The notes below the pieces were generated by a model. That model saw nothing but the letters and a program-made list of their open reading frames with translations. It had not been told where the DNA came from and did not search any database. A stretch of DNA of 64,000 nucleotides. Origin: Eledone cirrhosa. Its lineage: Eukaryota. Location of the stretch: positions 111,290,001 through 111,354,000 of the forward strand of contig OZ024740.1 in NCBI GenBank assembly GCA_964016885.1, given 5' to 3'. The position numbers were made by a program, and so were the translations under genes. Shown here piece by piece: positions 1 through 18,000 of this stretch. The stretch's first letter is position 1, and each line of letters begins with the position of its first letter.

Positions 1-3000
1 ATGACTACCAACAACTAGAAAAACAATACCAGAACTAAAACCACCATTATGGCTACCAATAACAAGACAAACAATATCACAACACCACCATGACTACTAA
101 CAACAAGAAAAACAATACCACAACTAACACCACCATTCTGACTACCAATAACAAGACAAACAATATCACAACTAACACCACCACTATGACTACTAACAAC
201 AAGACAAACAATATCAAAACTAATACCACCACTATGACTACTAACAACAAGAAAAACAATATCACAACTAACACTACCACTATGATTGCTAACAACAAGA
301 CAACCAACATCACAACTAACACCACCACCATAACTACTAACAACAAGACAAAGAATATCACAACTAACCAAACCACTATGACTACTAACAAGAAGACAAA
401 AAATATCACAACTAACACCATGACTACTAACAACAAGACAAACAATATCACAACGTACACCACCACTATGACTAATAACAACAAGACAAACAATATCACA
501 ACTAACACCACAACTATGACTACTAACAACAAGACAAACAATATCACAACTAACACTACCACTATTTCTACTAACAACAAGACAAACAATATCACAACTA
601 ACACCACCACTATGTCTACTAACAACAAGACAAACAATATCACAACTAACACCACCACTATGATTACTAACAACAAGACAAACAAGATCACAATTAACTC
701 CACCACTATGACTACAAACAACAAGACAAACAATATCACAACTAATACCACCACTATGACTACTAACAACAATACACACAATATCACAACACCACCATGA
801 CAACCAACAACAAGACAAACAATATCACAACTAACACCACCACTATGACTACTAACAAGACAAACAATATCACAACTAACACCACTACCATGACTACTAA
901 CAACAAGACAAACAATATCACAATTAATACCACCACTATGACTACTAACAACAAGACAAACAATATCACAGCTAAAACCATGACTACCAAGAACACGACA
1001 AACAATACCACAACTATCACGACCATTATGACTACCAATAACAAGACATACAATATCACAACAGCACCATGACTACCAACAACTAGAAAAACAATACCAC
1101 AACTAACACCACCATTATAACTACCAATAACAAGACAAACAATATCACAACACCACCATGACTACCAACAACTAGCAAAACAATACCAAAACTAACACCA
1201 CCATTATGACTACCAGTAACAAGTCAAACAATATAACAACACCACCATCACTACCAACAACTAGAAAAACAATACCACAACTAATACCACCATTATTACT
1301 ATCAATAACAAGACAAACAATATCACAACACCACCATGACTACCAACAACTAGAAAAACAATACCACAACTAACACCACCATTATGACTAACAATAACAA
1401 GACAAACAATATCACACACCACCATGACTACTAACAACACGACAAACAATATTACAACTAACACCACCACTATGACTACTAACAACAAGACAAACAATGT
1501 CACAACACCACCATGACTACTAACAACAAGACAAACAATATCACAACTAACACCATCACTATGACTACTAACAACAAGACAAACAATATCACAACTAACA
1601 CCATCACTGTGACTACTAACAACTAGCCAAACAATATCACAACTAATACCACCACTATGACTACTAACAACAATACACACAATATCACAACACCACCATG
1701 ACAACCAACAACAAGACAAACAATATCACAACTAACACCACCACTATGACTACTAACAAGACAAACAATATCACAACTAACACCACTACCATGACTACTA
1801 ACAACAAGACAAACAATATCACAACTAATACCACCACTATGACTACTAACAACAAGACAAACAATATCACAGCTAAAACCATGACTACCAAGAACACGAC
1901 AAACAATACCACAACTAACACCACCATTATGACTACCAATAACAAGACATACAATATCACAACACCGCCATGATTACCAACAACTAGAAAAACAATACCA
2001 CAACTAACACCACCATTATAACTACCAATAACAAGACAAACAATATCACAACACCACCATGACTACCAACAACTAGAAAAACAATACCAAAACTAACACC
2101 ACCATTATGACTACCAATAACAAGACAAACAATATAACAATACCACCATCACTACCAACAACTAGAAAAACAATACCACAACTAATACCACCATTATTAC
2201 TATCAATAACAAGACAAACAATATCACAACACCACCATGACTACCAACAACTAGAAAAACAATACCACAACTAACACCACCATTATGACTAACAATAACA
2301 AGACAAACAATATCACAACACCACGATGACTACTAACAACACGAAAAACAATATTACAACTAACACCACCACTATGACTACTAACAACAAGAGAAACAAT
2401 GTCACAACACCACCATGACTACTAACAACAAGACAAACAATATCACAACTAACACCATCACTATGACTACTAACAACAAGACAAACTATATCACAACTAA
2501 CACCATCACTGTGACTACTAACAACTAGCCAAACAATATCACAACTAATACCACCACTATGACTACTAACAACAAGACAAACAATATCACAACTAATACC
2601 ACCACTATGACTAATAATAACAAGAAAATAATATCACAACTAACACCATCACTATGACTACTAACAACAAGACAAACAATATCACAACTAACACCACCAT
2701 TATGACTACCAATAACAAGACAAACAAGATCACAGCCATACCATGACTACCAACAACTAGAAAAACAATACCACAACTAACACCACCATTATGACTACCA
2801 ATAACAAGACAAACAATATCACAACACCACCATGACTACCAACAACTAGCAAAACAATACCACAACTAACACTACCATTATGACTACCAATAACAAGACA
2901 GACAATATCACAACACCACCATGACTACCATCAAATCGAAAAACAATACCACAACTAACACCACCATTATTACTATCAGTAACAAGACAAACAATATCAT

Positions 3001-6000
3001 AACACCACTATGACTACTAACAACAAGACAAACAATGTCACAACACCACCATGAGTACTAACAACAAGACAATCAATATCACAACTAACACCACCACCAT
3101 GACCACTAACAACAAGACAAACAATATCACAACTAACACCACCACTATGACTACTAACAACAAGACAAACAATATCACAACTAACACCACCACCATAACT
3201 ACTAACAACAAGACAAACAATATCACAACTAACACCATCACCATGACTACTAACAACAAGACAAACAATATCACAACTAACACTATCACTATGACTACTA
3301 ACAACAAGACAATCAATATCACAACTAATACCACCATTATGACTACCAATAACAAGACAAACAATATAACAACACCACCATCACTACCAACAACTAGAAA
3401 AACAATACCACAACTAATACCATCATTATTACTACCAATAACAAGACAAACAATATCACAACACCACCATGACTACCAACAACTAGAAAAACAATACCAC
3501 AACTAACACCACCATTATGACTACCAATAACAAGACAAACAATATCACAACACCACCATGACTACTAACAACTAGAAAAACAATACCACAACTAAAACCA
3601 CCATTATGGCTACCAATAACAATACAAACAATATAACAACACCACCATCACTACCAACAACTAGAAAAACAATACCACAACTAATACCACCATTATTACT
3701 ATCAATAACAAGACAAACAATATCACAACACCACCATGACTACCAACAACTAGAAAAACAATACCACAACTAACACCACCATTATGACTAACAATAACAA
3801 GACAAACAATATCACAACACCACCATGACTACTAACAACACGACAAACAATATTACAACTAACACCACCACTATGACTACTAACAACAAGACAATCAATA
3901 TCACAACTAATACCACCACTACGACTACTAACAACAAGACAAACAATATCACAGCTAAAACCATGACTACCAAGAACACGACAAACAATACCACAACTAA
4001 CACCACCATTATGACTACCAATAACAAGACATACAATATCACAACACCACCATGACTACCAACAACTAGAAAAACAATACCACAACTAACACCACCATTA
4101 TGACTACCAATAACAAGACAAACAATATCACAACACCACCATGACTACCAACAACTAGCAAAACAATACCAAAACTAACACCACCATTATGACTACCAAT
4201 AACAAGACAAACAATATAACAACACCACCATCACTACCAACAACTAGAAAAACAATACCACAACTAATACCACCATTATTACTATCAATAATAAGACAAA
4301 CAATATCACAACACCACCATGACTACCAACAACTAGAAAAACAATACCACAACTAATACCACCATTATGACTAACAATAACAAGACAAACAATATCACAA
4401 CACCACCATGACTACTAATAACACGACAAACAATATTACAACTAACACCACCATTATGACTACAAATAACAAGACAAACAATATCACAACACCACCATGA
4501 CTACCAACAACTAGAAAAACAATACCACAACTAATACCACCACTATGACTACTAACAACAAGACAAACAATATCACAACTAACACTACCACTATGACTAC
4601 TAACAACAAGACAAACAATATCACAACTAACACCACCACCATAACTACTAACAACAAGACAAAGAATATCACAACTAACAAAACCACTATGACTACTAAC
4701 AACAAGACAACAAATATCACAACTAACACCATGACTACTAACAACAAGACAAACAATATCACAACTAACACCACCACTATGACTACTAACGACAAGACAA
4801 ATAATATCACAACTAACACTACCACTATTTCTACTAACAACAAGACAAACAATATCACAACTAACACCACCACTATGTCTACTAACAATAAGAGAAACAA
4901 TATCACAACTAACACCACCACTATGATTACTAACAACAAGACAAACAATATCACAATTAACTCCACCACTATGACTACAAACAACAAGACAAACAATATC
5001 ACAACTAATACCACCACTATGACTACTAACAACAAGACACACAAAATCACAACACCACCATGACAACCAACAACAAGACAAACAATATCACAACTAACAC
5101 CACCACTATGACTAATAACAAGATAAGCAATATCACAACTAACACCACCATTATGACTACTAACAAGACCAACAATATCACAACTAACACCACCACTATG
5201 ACTACTAACGAGACAAACAATATCACAACTAACACCACCACTATGACTACTAACAAGACAAACAATATCACAACTAACACCACTACCATGACTACTAACA
5301 ACAAGACAAACAATATCACAACTAATACCACCACTATGACTACTAACAACAAGACAAACAATATCACAGCAAACACCATGACTACCAAGAACACGACAAA
5401 CAATACCACAACTAACACCACCATTATGACTACCAATAACAAGACATACAATATCACAACACCACCATGACTACCAACAACAAGAAAAACAATACCACAA
5501 CTAACACCACCATTATGACTACCAATAACAAACAAACAATATCACAACTAACACCACCACTATGACTACTAACAACAAGACAAACAATATCAAATCTAAT
5601 AACACCACTATGACTACTAACAACAAGACAAACAATATCACAATTAACACTACCACTATGACTACTAACAACAAGACAAACAATATCACAACTAACACCA
5701 CCACCATAACTACTAACAACAAGACAAAGAATATCACAACTAACAAAACCACTATGACTACTAACAACAAGACAAAAAATATCACAACAAACACCATGAC
5801 TACTAAAAACAAGACAAACAATATCACAACGAACACCACCACTATGACTACTAACAACAAGACAAACAATATCACAACTAACACCACCACTATGACTACT
5901 AACAACAAGACAAACAATATCACAACTAACACCACCACTATGTCTACTAACAACAAGAGAAACAATATCACAACTAACACCACCACTATGATTACTAACA

Positions 6001-9000
6001 ACAAGATAAACAATATCACAATTAACTCCATCACTATGACTACAAACAACAAGACAAACAATATCACAACTAATACCAACACTATGACTACTAACAACAA
6101 GACACACACAATTACAACAGCACCATGACCACCAACAACAAGACAAACAATATCACAACTAACACCACTATTATGACTACTAACAAGACAAACAATATCA
6201 CAACTAACACCACCATTATGACTACTAACAAGACCAACAATATCACAACTAACACCAGTACCATGACTACTAACAACAAGACAAACAATATCACAACTAA
6301 TACCACCACTATGACTACTAACAACAAGACAAACAATATCACAGCTAACACCATGACTACCGAGAACACGACAAACAATACCACAACTAACACCACCATT
6401 ATGACTACCAATAACAAGACATACAATATCACAACACCACCATGACTACCAACAACTAGAAAAACAATACCACAACTAACACCACCATTATGACTACCAA
6501 TAACGAGACAAACAATATCACAACTAACACCATGACTACCAACAACTAGCAAAACAATACCAAAACTAACACCACCATTATGACTACCTATAACAAGAGA
6601 AACAATATAACAACACCACCATCACTACCAACAACTAGAAAAACAATACCACAACTAATACCACCATTATTACTATCAATAACAAGACAAACAATATCAC
6701 AACACCACCATGACTACCAACAACTAGAAAAACAATACCACAACTAACACCACCATTATGACTACCAATAACAAGACAAACAATATGACAACACCACCAT
6801 GACTACTAACAACACGACAAACAATATTACAACTAACACCACCACTATGACTACTAACAACAAGACAAACAAGGTCACAACACCACCATGACTACTAACA
6901 ACAAGACAATCAATATCAAATCTAACACCACCACCGTGACCACTAACAACAAGACAAACAATATCACAACTAACACCACCACTATGACTATTAACAACAA
7001 GACAAACAATATCTCAACTAACACCACCACCATGACTACTAACAAAAAGACAAACAATATCACAACTAACACCATCACTATGACTACTAACAACAAGACA
7101 AACAATATCACAACTAATACCACCAATATGACTACTAACAACAAGACAAACAATATCAAAACTAACACCATCACTATGACTACTAACAACAAGACAAACA
7201 ATATCACAACTAACACCACCACTATGACTACTAACAACAAGACAAACAATATAACAACTAACACCATGACTACCAAGAACCCGACAAACAATACCACAAC
7301 TAACACCACCATTATGACTACCAATAACAAGACAAACAATATCACAACACCACCATGACTACTAACAACACGACAAACAATATTACAACTAACACCACCA
7401 CTATGACTACTAACAACAAGACAAACAAGGTCACAACACCACCATGACTACTAACAACAAGACAATCAATATCAAAACTAACACCACCACCATGACCACT
7501 AACAACAAGACAAACAATATCACAACTAACACTACCACTATGACTATTAACAACAAGACAAACAATATCACAACTAACACCACCACCATGACTACTAACA
7601 AAAAGACAAACAATATCACAACTAACACCATCACTATGACTACTAACAACAAGACAAACAATATCACAACTAATACCACCAATATGACTACTAACAACAA
7701 GACAAACAATATCAAAACTAACACCATCACTATGAATACTAACAACAAGACAAACAATATCACAACTAACACCACCACCATAACTACTAACAACAAGACA
7801 AACAATATCACAACTAACACTATCATTATGACTACTAACAACAAGACAAACAATATCACAACTAACACCACCACTATGACTATTAACAACAAGACAAACA
7901 ATATCACAACTAACACCACCACCATGACTACTAACAACAAGACAAAAAATATCACAACTAACACCATCACTATGACTAATAACAACAAGACAAACAATAT
8001 CACAAATAACACCATCACTATGACTACTAACAACAAGACAAATAATATCACAACTAATACCACCAATATGACTACTAACAACAAGACAAACAATATCACA
8101 ACTAACACCATCACTATGACTACTAACAACAAGACAAACAATATCACAACTAACACCACCACTATGACTACTAACAACAAGACAAACAATATCACAACTA
8201 ATACCACCACTATGACTACTAACAACAAGACAAACAATATCACACCTAACACCATCACTATGACTACTAACAACAAGACAAACAATATCACAACTAACAC
8301 CATGACTACGAAGAACACGACAAACAATACCACAACTAAAACCACCATTATGGCTACCAATAACAAGACAAACAATATCACAACACGACCATGACTACCA
8401 ACGACTAGAAAAACAATACCACAACTAAAACCACCATTATGACTACGAATAACAAAACAAACAATATCACAACACAACCATGACTAACAACAACTAGAAA
8501 AACAATACCACAACTAAAATCACCGTTATGACTACCAATAACAAGACAAACAATATCACAACAACACCATGACTATTAACAACAAGAAAACTAATACCAC
8601 AACTAACACCACCACTATGACTACTAACAACACGACAAACAATATTACAACTAACACCACCACTATGACTACTAACAACAAGACAAACAAGGTCACAACA
8701 CCACCATGACTACTAACAACAAGACAATCAATATCAAATCTAACACCACCACCGTGACCACTAACAACAAGACAAACAATATCACAACTAACACCACCAC
8801 TATGACTATTAACAACAAGACAAACAATATCTCAACTAACACCACCACCATGACTACTAACAAAAAGACAAACAATATCACAACTAACACCATCACTATG
8901 ACTACTAACAACAAGACAAACAATATCACAACTAATACCACCAATATGACTACTAACAACAAGACAAACAATATCAAAACTAACACCATCACTATGACTA

Positions 9001-12000
9001 CTAACAACAAGACAAACAATATCACAACTAACACCACCACTATGACTACTAACAACAAGACAAACAATATCACAACTAACACCATGACTACCAAGAACCC
9101 GACAAACAATACCACAACTAACACCACCATTATGACTACCAATAACAAGACAAACAATATCACAACACCACCATGACTACTAACAACACGACAAACAATA
9201 TTACAACTAACACCACCACTATGACTACTAACAACAAGACAAACAAGGTCACAACACCACCATGACTACTAACAACAAGACAATCAATATCAAAACTAAC
9301 ACCACCACCATGACCACTAACAACAAGACAAACAATATCACAACTAACACCACCACTATGACTATTAACAACAAGACAAACAATATCACAACTAACACCA
9401 CCACCATGACTACTAACAACAAGACAAACAATACCACAACTAAAACCACCATTATGGCTACCAATAACAAGACAAACAATATCACAACACGACCATGACT
9501 ACCAACGACTAGAAAAACAATACCACAACTAAAACCACCATTATGACTACGAATAACAAAACAAACAATATCACAACACCACCATGACTACCAACAACTA
9601 GAAAAACAATACCACAACTAAAACCACCGTTATGACTACCAATAACAAGACAAACAATATCACAACAACACCATGACTATTAACAACAAGAAAAATAATA
9701 CCACAACTAACACCACCACTATGACTACTAACAACAAGACAAACAATATCACAACTAACACCACCACCATGACTACTAACAACAAGACAATCAATATCAC
9801 AACTAACACCACCACTATGACTACTAACAACAAGACAAACAATATCACAACTAACACCACCACTATGACTACTAACACCACCACTATGACTACTAACAAC
9901 AAGACAAACAATATCACAACTAACACCACCACTATGACTACTAACAACATGATAAACCATATCACAACTAACACCACCACTATGACTACTAACAACAAGA
10001 CAAACAATATTACAACTAACACCACCACTATGACTACTAACAACAAGACAAACAATATCACAACTAACACCACAACTATGACTACTAACAACAAGACAAA
10101 CAATATCACAACTAATACCACCACTATGACTACTATCAACAAGACAAACAATATCACAACTAACTCCATCACTATGACAACTAACAACAAGACAAACAAT
10201 ATCACAACTAACACCACCACTATGACTACTAACAACAAGACAAACAATATCACAACTAACACTACCACTATGACTACTAACAACAAGACAAACAATATCA
10301 CAAGTAACACCACCACTATGACTACTAACAACAAGACGAACAATATCACAACTAACACCACCACTATGACTACTAACAACAAGACAAACAATATCACAGC
10401 TAACAACACCACTATGACTACTAACAACAAGACAAACAATATCACAACTAACACCATCACTATGACTACTAACAACAAGACAAACAATACCACAACTAAC
10501 ACCACCATTATGAATATAAATAACAAGACAAACAATATCACAACACCACCATGACTACCAACAACTAACAAAACAATACCACAACTAACACCACCATTAT
10601 GACTACCAATAACAAGACAAACAATATCACAACACCACCATGACTACCAACATCTAGAAAAACAATACCACAACTAACACCACCATTATTACTACCAATA
10701 ACAAGACAAACAATAACACAACACCACCATGACTACCAACAACTAGAAAAACAATACCACAACTAACACCACCATTATGACTACCAATAACAAGACAAAC
10801 AATATCACAACACCACCATGACTACTAACAACACGACAAACAATGTTACAACTAACACCACGACTATGACTACTAACAACAAGACAAACAATGTCACAAC
10901 ACCACCATGACTACTAACAACAAGACAATCAATATCACAACTAACACCACCACCATAACTACTAACAACAAGACAAACAATATCACAACTAACACCATCA
11001 CTATGACTACTAACAACAAGACAAACAATATCACAACTAACACCAAAACTATGACTACTAACAACAAGACAAACAATATCAGAACTAACACCACCACTAT
11101 GACTACTAACAACAAGACAAACAATATCACAACTAACACCACCACTATGACTACTAACAACAAGACAAACAATATCACAAATAACACCACCACTATGACT
11201 ACTAACAACAAGACAAACAATATCACAACTAACACCACCACTATGATTACTAACAACAAGACAAACAATATCACAACTAACACCACCACTATGACTACTA
11301 ACAACAAGACAAACAATATCACAACTAACACTACCACTATGACCACTAACAACAACAACAAACAATATCACAACTAACACCACCACTATGACTACTAACA
11401 ACAAGACAAACAATATCACAACTAACACTACCACTATGACCACTAACAACAAGACAAACACTATCACAACTAACACCACCACTATGACTACTAACAACAA
11501 GACACACAATATCACAAATAACACCACCACTATGACTACTAACAACAAGACAATCAATATCACAACTAACAACACCACTATGACTACTAACAACAAGACA
11601 ATCAATATCACAACTAACACCACCACTATGACTACTAACAACAAGACAATCAATATCACAACTAACAACACCACTATGACTACTAACAACAAGCCAAACA
11701 AAATCACAACTAACACCACCACCATAACTACTAACAAGACAAACAATATCACAACTAACACCACCACCATGACTACTAACAACAAGACAATCAATATCAC
11801 AACTAACACCACCACCATAACTACTAACAACAAGACAAACAATATCACAACTAACACCACCACTATGACTACTAACAACAAGACAAACAATATCACAACT
11901 AACACCACCACTATGTCTACTAACAACAAGACAAACAATATCACAGCTAACAACACCACTATGACTACTAACAACAAGACAAACAATATCAAAGCTAACA

Positions 12001-15000
12001 ACATTACAAATAATAATATCAGAATTAATAACGCCACAAACAATATCACAACTAACACCACCACCATGACTACTAAGAACAAGCCAATCAATATCACAAC
12101 TAACACCACCACCATGACTACTAACAACAAGATAAACAATATCACAACTAACACCACCATTATGACTACTAACAAGACCAACAATATCACAACTAACACT
12201 ACCACTATGACCACTAACAACAAGACAAAAAATATCACAACTAACACCACCACTATGACTACTAACAACAAGACAAACAATATCACAACTAACACCACCA
12301 CTATAACTACTAACAAGACAAACAATATCACAACTAACACCACCACTATGACTACTAACAACAAGACAATCAATATCACAACTAACACCACCACCATAAA
12401 TACTAACAACAAGACAAACAATATCACAACTAACACCGCCACTATGACTACTAACAACAAGACAAACAATATCACAGCTAACAACACCACTATGACTACT
12501 AACAACAAGCCAAACAATATCACAACTAACACCACCACCATAACTACTAACAAGACAAACAATATCACAACTAACAACATCACCATGACTACTAACAACA
12601 AGACAATCAATATCACAACTAACACCACCACCATAACTACTAACAACAAGACAAACAATATCACAACTAACACCACCAATATGACTACTAACAACAAGAC
12701 AAAGAATATCACAACTAACACCACCTCTATGACTGCTAACAACAAGGCAAACAATATCACAGCTAACAACACCACTATGACTACTAACAACAAGACAAAC
12801 AATATCACAGCTAGCAACATTACAAATAATATCAGAACTAATAACGCCACAAACAATATCACAACTAACACCACCACCATGACTACTAAGAACAAGCCAA
12901 TCAATATCACAACTAACACCACCACCATGACTACTAACAACAAGATAAACAATATCACAACTAACACCACCACCATGACTACTAACAACAAGATAAACAA
13001 TATCACAACTAACACCACCATTATGACTACTAACAAGACCAACAATATCACAACTAACACTACCACTATGACCACTAACAACAAGACAAACAATATCACA
13101 ACTAACACCACCACTATGACTACTAACAACAAGCCAAACAATATCACAACTAACACCACCACCATAACTACTAACAAGACAAACAATATCACAACTAACA
13201 CCACCACCGTGACTACTAACAACAAGACAATCAATATCACAACTAACACCACCACCATAACTACTAACAACAAGACAAACAATATCACAACTAACACCAC
13301 CAATATGACTACTAACAACAAGACAAACAATATCACAACTAACACCGCCACTATGACTACTAACAACAAGACAAACAATATCACAGCTAACAACACCACT
13401 ATGACTACTAACAACAAGACAAACAATATCACAGCTAACCACATTAAAAATAATAATATCAGAATTAATAACGCCACAAACAATATCACAACTAACACCA
13501 CCACCATGACTACTAAGAACAAGCCAATCAATATCACAACTAACACCACCACCATGACTACTAACAACAAGATAAACAATATCACAACTAACACCACCAT
13601 TATGACTACTAACAAGACCAACAATATCACAACTAACACCACCACTATGACTACTAACGAGACAAACAATATCACAACTAACACCACCACTAAGACTACT
13701 AACAAGACAAACAATATCACAACTAACACCACTACCATGACTACTAACAACAAGACAAACAATATCACAACTAATACCACCACTATGACTACTAACAACA
13801 AGACATACAATATCACAGCTAACACCATGACTACCAAGAACACGACAAACAATACCACAACTAACACCACCATTATGACTACCAATAACAAGACATACAA
13901 TATCACAACACCACCATGACTACCAACAACTAGAAAAACAATAGCACAACTAAAACCACCATTATGACTACCAATAACAAGACAAACAATATCACAACAC
14001 CACCATGACTACTAACAACAAGAAAAACAATACCACAACTAACACCACCATTATGACTACCAATAACAAGACAAACAATATCACAACTAACACCACCATT
14101 ATGACTACTAACAACAAGACAAACAATATCAAAACTAATAACACCACTATGACTACTAACAACAAGACAAACAATATCACAACTAACACTACCACTATGA
14201 CTACTAACAACAAGACAAACAATATCACAACTAACACCACCACCATAACTACTAACAACAAGACAAAGAATATCACAACTAACAAAACCACTATGACTAC
14301 TAACAATAAGACAAAAAATATCACAACTAACAACATGACTACTAACAACAAGACAAACAATATCACAACGAACACCACCACTATGACTACTAACAACAAG
14401 ACAAACAATATCACAACTAACACCACCAATATGACTACTAACAACAAGACAAACAATATCACAACTAACACTACCACTATTTCTACTAACAACAAGACAA
14501 ACAATATCACAACTAACACCACCACTATGTCTACTAACAACAAGTCAAACAATATCACAACTAACACCACCACTATGATTACTAACAACAAGACAAACAA
14601 TATCACAATTAACTCCACCACTATGACTACAAACAAGACAAACAATATCACAACTAATACCACCACTATGACTACTAACAACAAGACACACAAAATCACA
14701 ACACCACCATGACTACTAACAACAAGACAAACAATATCACAACTAATACCACCACTATGACTACTAACAACAAGACAAACAATATCACAGCTAACACCAT
14801 GACTACCAAGAACACGACAAACAATACCACAACTAACACCACCATTATGACTACCAATAACAAGACATACAATATCACAACACCACCATGACTACCAACA
14901 ACTAGAAAAACAATACCACCACTAACACCACCATTATGACTACCAATAACAAGACAAACAATATCACAACACCACCATGACTACCAACAACTAGCAAAAC

Positions 15001-18000
15001 AATACCAAAACTAACACCACCATTATGACTACCAATAACAAGACAAACAATATAACAACACCACCATGACTACCAACAACTAGAAAAACAATACCACAAC
15101 TAACACCACCATTATGACTACCAATAACAAGACAAACAATATCACAACACCACCATGACTACTAACAACACGACAAACAATATTACAACTAACACCACCA
15201 CTATGACTACTAACAACAAGACAAACAATGTCACAACACCACCATGACTACTAACAACAAGACAATCAATATCACAACTAACACCACCACCATGACCACT
15301 AACAACAAGACAAACAATATCACAACTAACACCACCACTATGACTACTAACAACGAGACAAACAATATCACAACTAACACCACCACCATAACTACTAACA
15401 ACAAGACAAACAATATCACAACTAACACCATCACTATGACTACTAACAACAAGACAAACAATATCACAACTAAAATCACCACGATAACTACTAACAACAA
15501 GACAAACAATATCACAACTAACACTATCACTATGACTACTAACAACAAGACAAACAATATCACAAATAACACCACCATTATGACTATTAACAACAAGACA
15601 AACAATATCACAACTAACACCACCACCATGACTACTAACAACAAGACAAACAATATCACAACTAACACCATCACTATGACTACTAACAACAAGACAAACA
15701 ATATCACAACTAACACCATCACTATGACTACTAACAACAAGACAAACAATATCACAACTAATACCACCAATATGACTACTAACAACAAGACAAACAATAT
15801 CACAACTAACACCATCACTATGACTACTAACAACAAGACAAACAATATCACAACTAACACCACCACTATGACTACTAACAACAAGACAAACAATATCACA
15901 ACTAATACCACCACTATGACTACTAACAACAAGACAAACAATATCACAACTAACACCATCACTATGACTACTAACAACAAGACAAACAATATCACAACTA
16001 ACACCACCACTATGACTACTAACAACAAGACAAACAATATCACAACTAACACCATGACTACGAAGAACACGACAAACAATACCACAACTAAAACCACCAT
16101 TATGGCTACCAATAACAAGACAAACAATATCACAACACGACCATGACTACCAACAACTAGAAAAACAATACCACAACTAAAACGACCATTATGACTACCA
16201 ATAACAAAACAAACAATATCACAACACCACCATGACTACCAACAACTAGAAAAACAATACCACAACTAAAACCACCGTTATGACTACCAATAACAAGACA
16301 AACAATATCACAACAACACCATGACTACTAACAACAAGAAAAATAATACCACAACTAACACCACCACTATGACTACTAACAACAAGACAAACAATATCAC
16401 AACTAACACCACCACCATGACTACTAACAACAAGACAATCAATATCACAACTAACACCACCACTATGACTACTAACAACAAGACAAATAATATCACAACT
16501 AACACCACCACTATTACTACTAACACCACCACTATGACTACTAACAACAAGACAAACAATATCACAACTAACACCACCACTATGACTACTAACACCAAGA
16601 CAAACCATATCACAACTAACACCACCACTATGACTACTAACAACAAGAGAAACAATATCACAACTAACACCACCACTATGACTACTAACAACAAGACAAA
16701 CAATATCACAACTAACACCACAACTATGACTACTAACAACAAGACAAACAATATCACAACTAATACCACCACTATGACTACTAACAACAAGACAAACAAT
16801 ATCACAACTAACTCCATCACTATGACTACTAACAACAAGACAAACAATATCACAACTAACACCACCACTATGACTACTAACAACAAGACAAACAATATCA
16901 CAAATAACACTACCACTATGACTACTAACAACAAGACAAACAATATCACAACTAACACCACCACTGTGACTACTAACAACAAGACGAACAATATCACAAC
17001 TAACACCACCACTATGACTACTAACAACAAGACAAACAATATCACAACTAACACCATCACTATGACTACTAACAACAAGACAAACAATACCACAACTAAC
17101 ACCCCCATTATGACTATAAATAACAAGACAAACAATATCACAACACCACCATGACTTCCAACAACTAGCAAAACAATACCACAACTAACACCACCATTAT
17201 GACTACCAATAACAAGACAAACAATATCACAACACCACCATGACTACCAACATCTAGAAAAACAATACCACAACTAAAACCACCGTTATGACTACCAATA
17301 ACAAGACAAACAATATCACAACAACACCATGACTACTAACAACAAGAAAAATAATACCACAACTAACACCACCACTATGACTACTAACAACAAGACAAAC
17401 AATATCACAACTAACACCACCACCATGACTACTAACAACAAGACAATCAATATCACAACTAACACCACCACTATGACTACTAACAACAAGACAAATAATA
17501 TCACAACTAACACCACCACTATTACTACTAACACCACCACTATGACTACTAACAACAAGACAAACAATATCACAACTAACACCACCACTATGACTACTAA
17601 CAACAAGACAAACCATATCACAACTAACACCACAACTATGACTACTAACAACAAGAGAAACAATATCACAACTAACACCACCACTATGACTACTAACAAC
17701 AAGACAAACAATATCACAACTAACACCACAACTATGACTACTAACAACAAGACAAACAATATCACAACTAATACCACCACTATGACTACTAACAACAAGA
17801 CAAACAATATCACAACTAACTCCATCACTATGACTACTAACAACAAGACAAACAATATCACAACTAACACCACCACTATGACTACTAACAACAAGACAAA
17901 CAATATCACAAATAACACTACCACTATGACTACTAACAACAAGACAAACAATATCACAACTAACACCACCAATGTGACTACTAACAACAAGACGAACAAT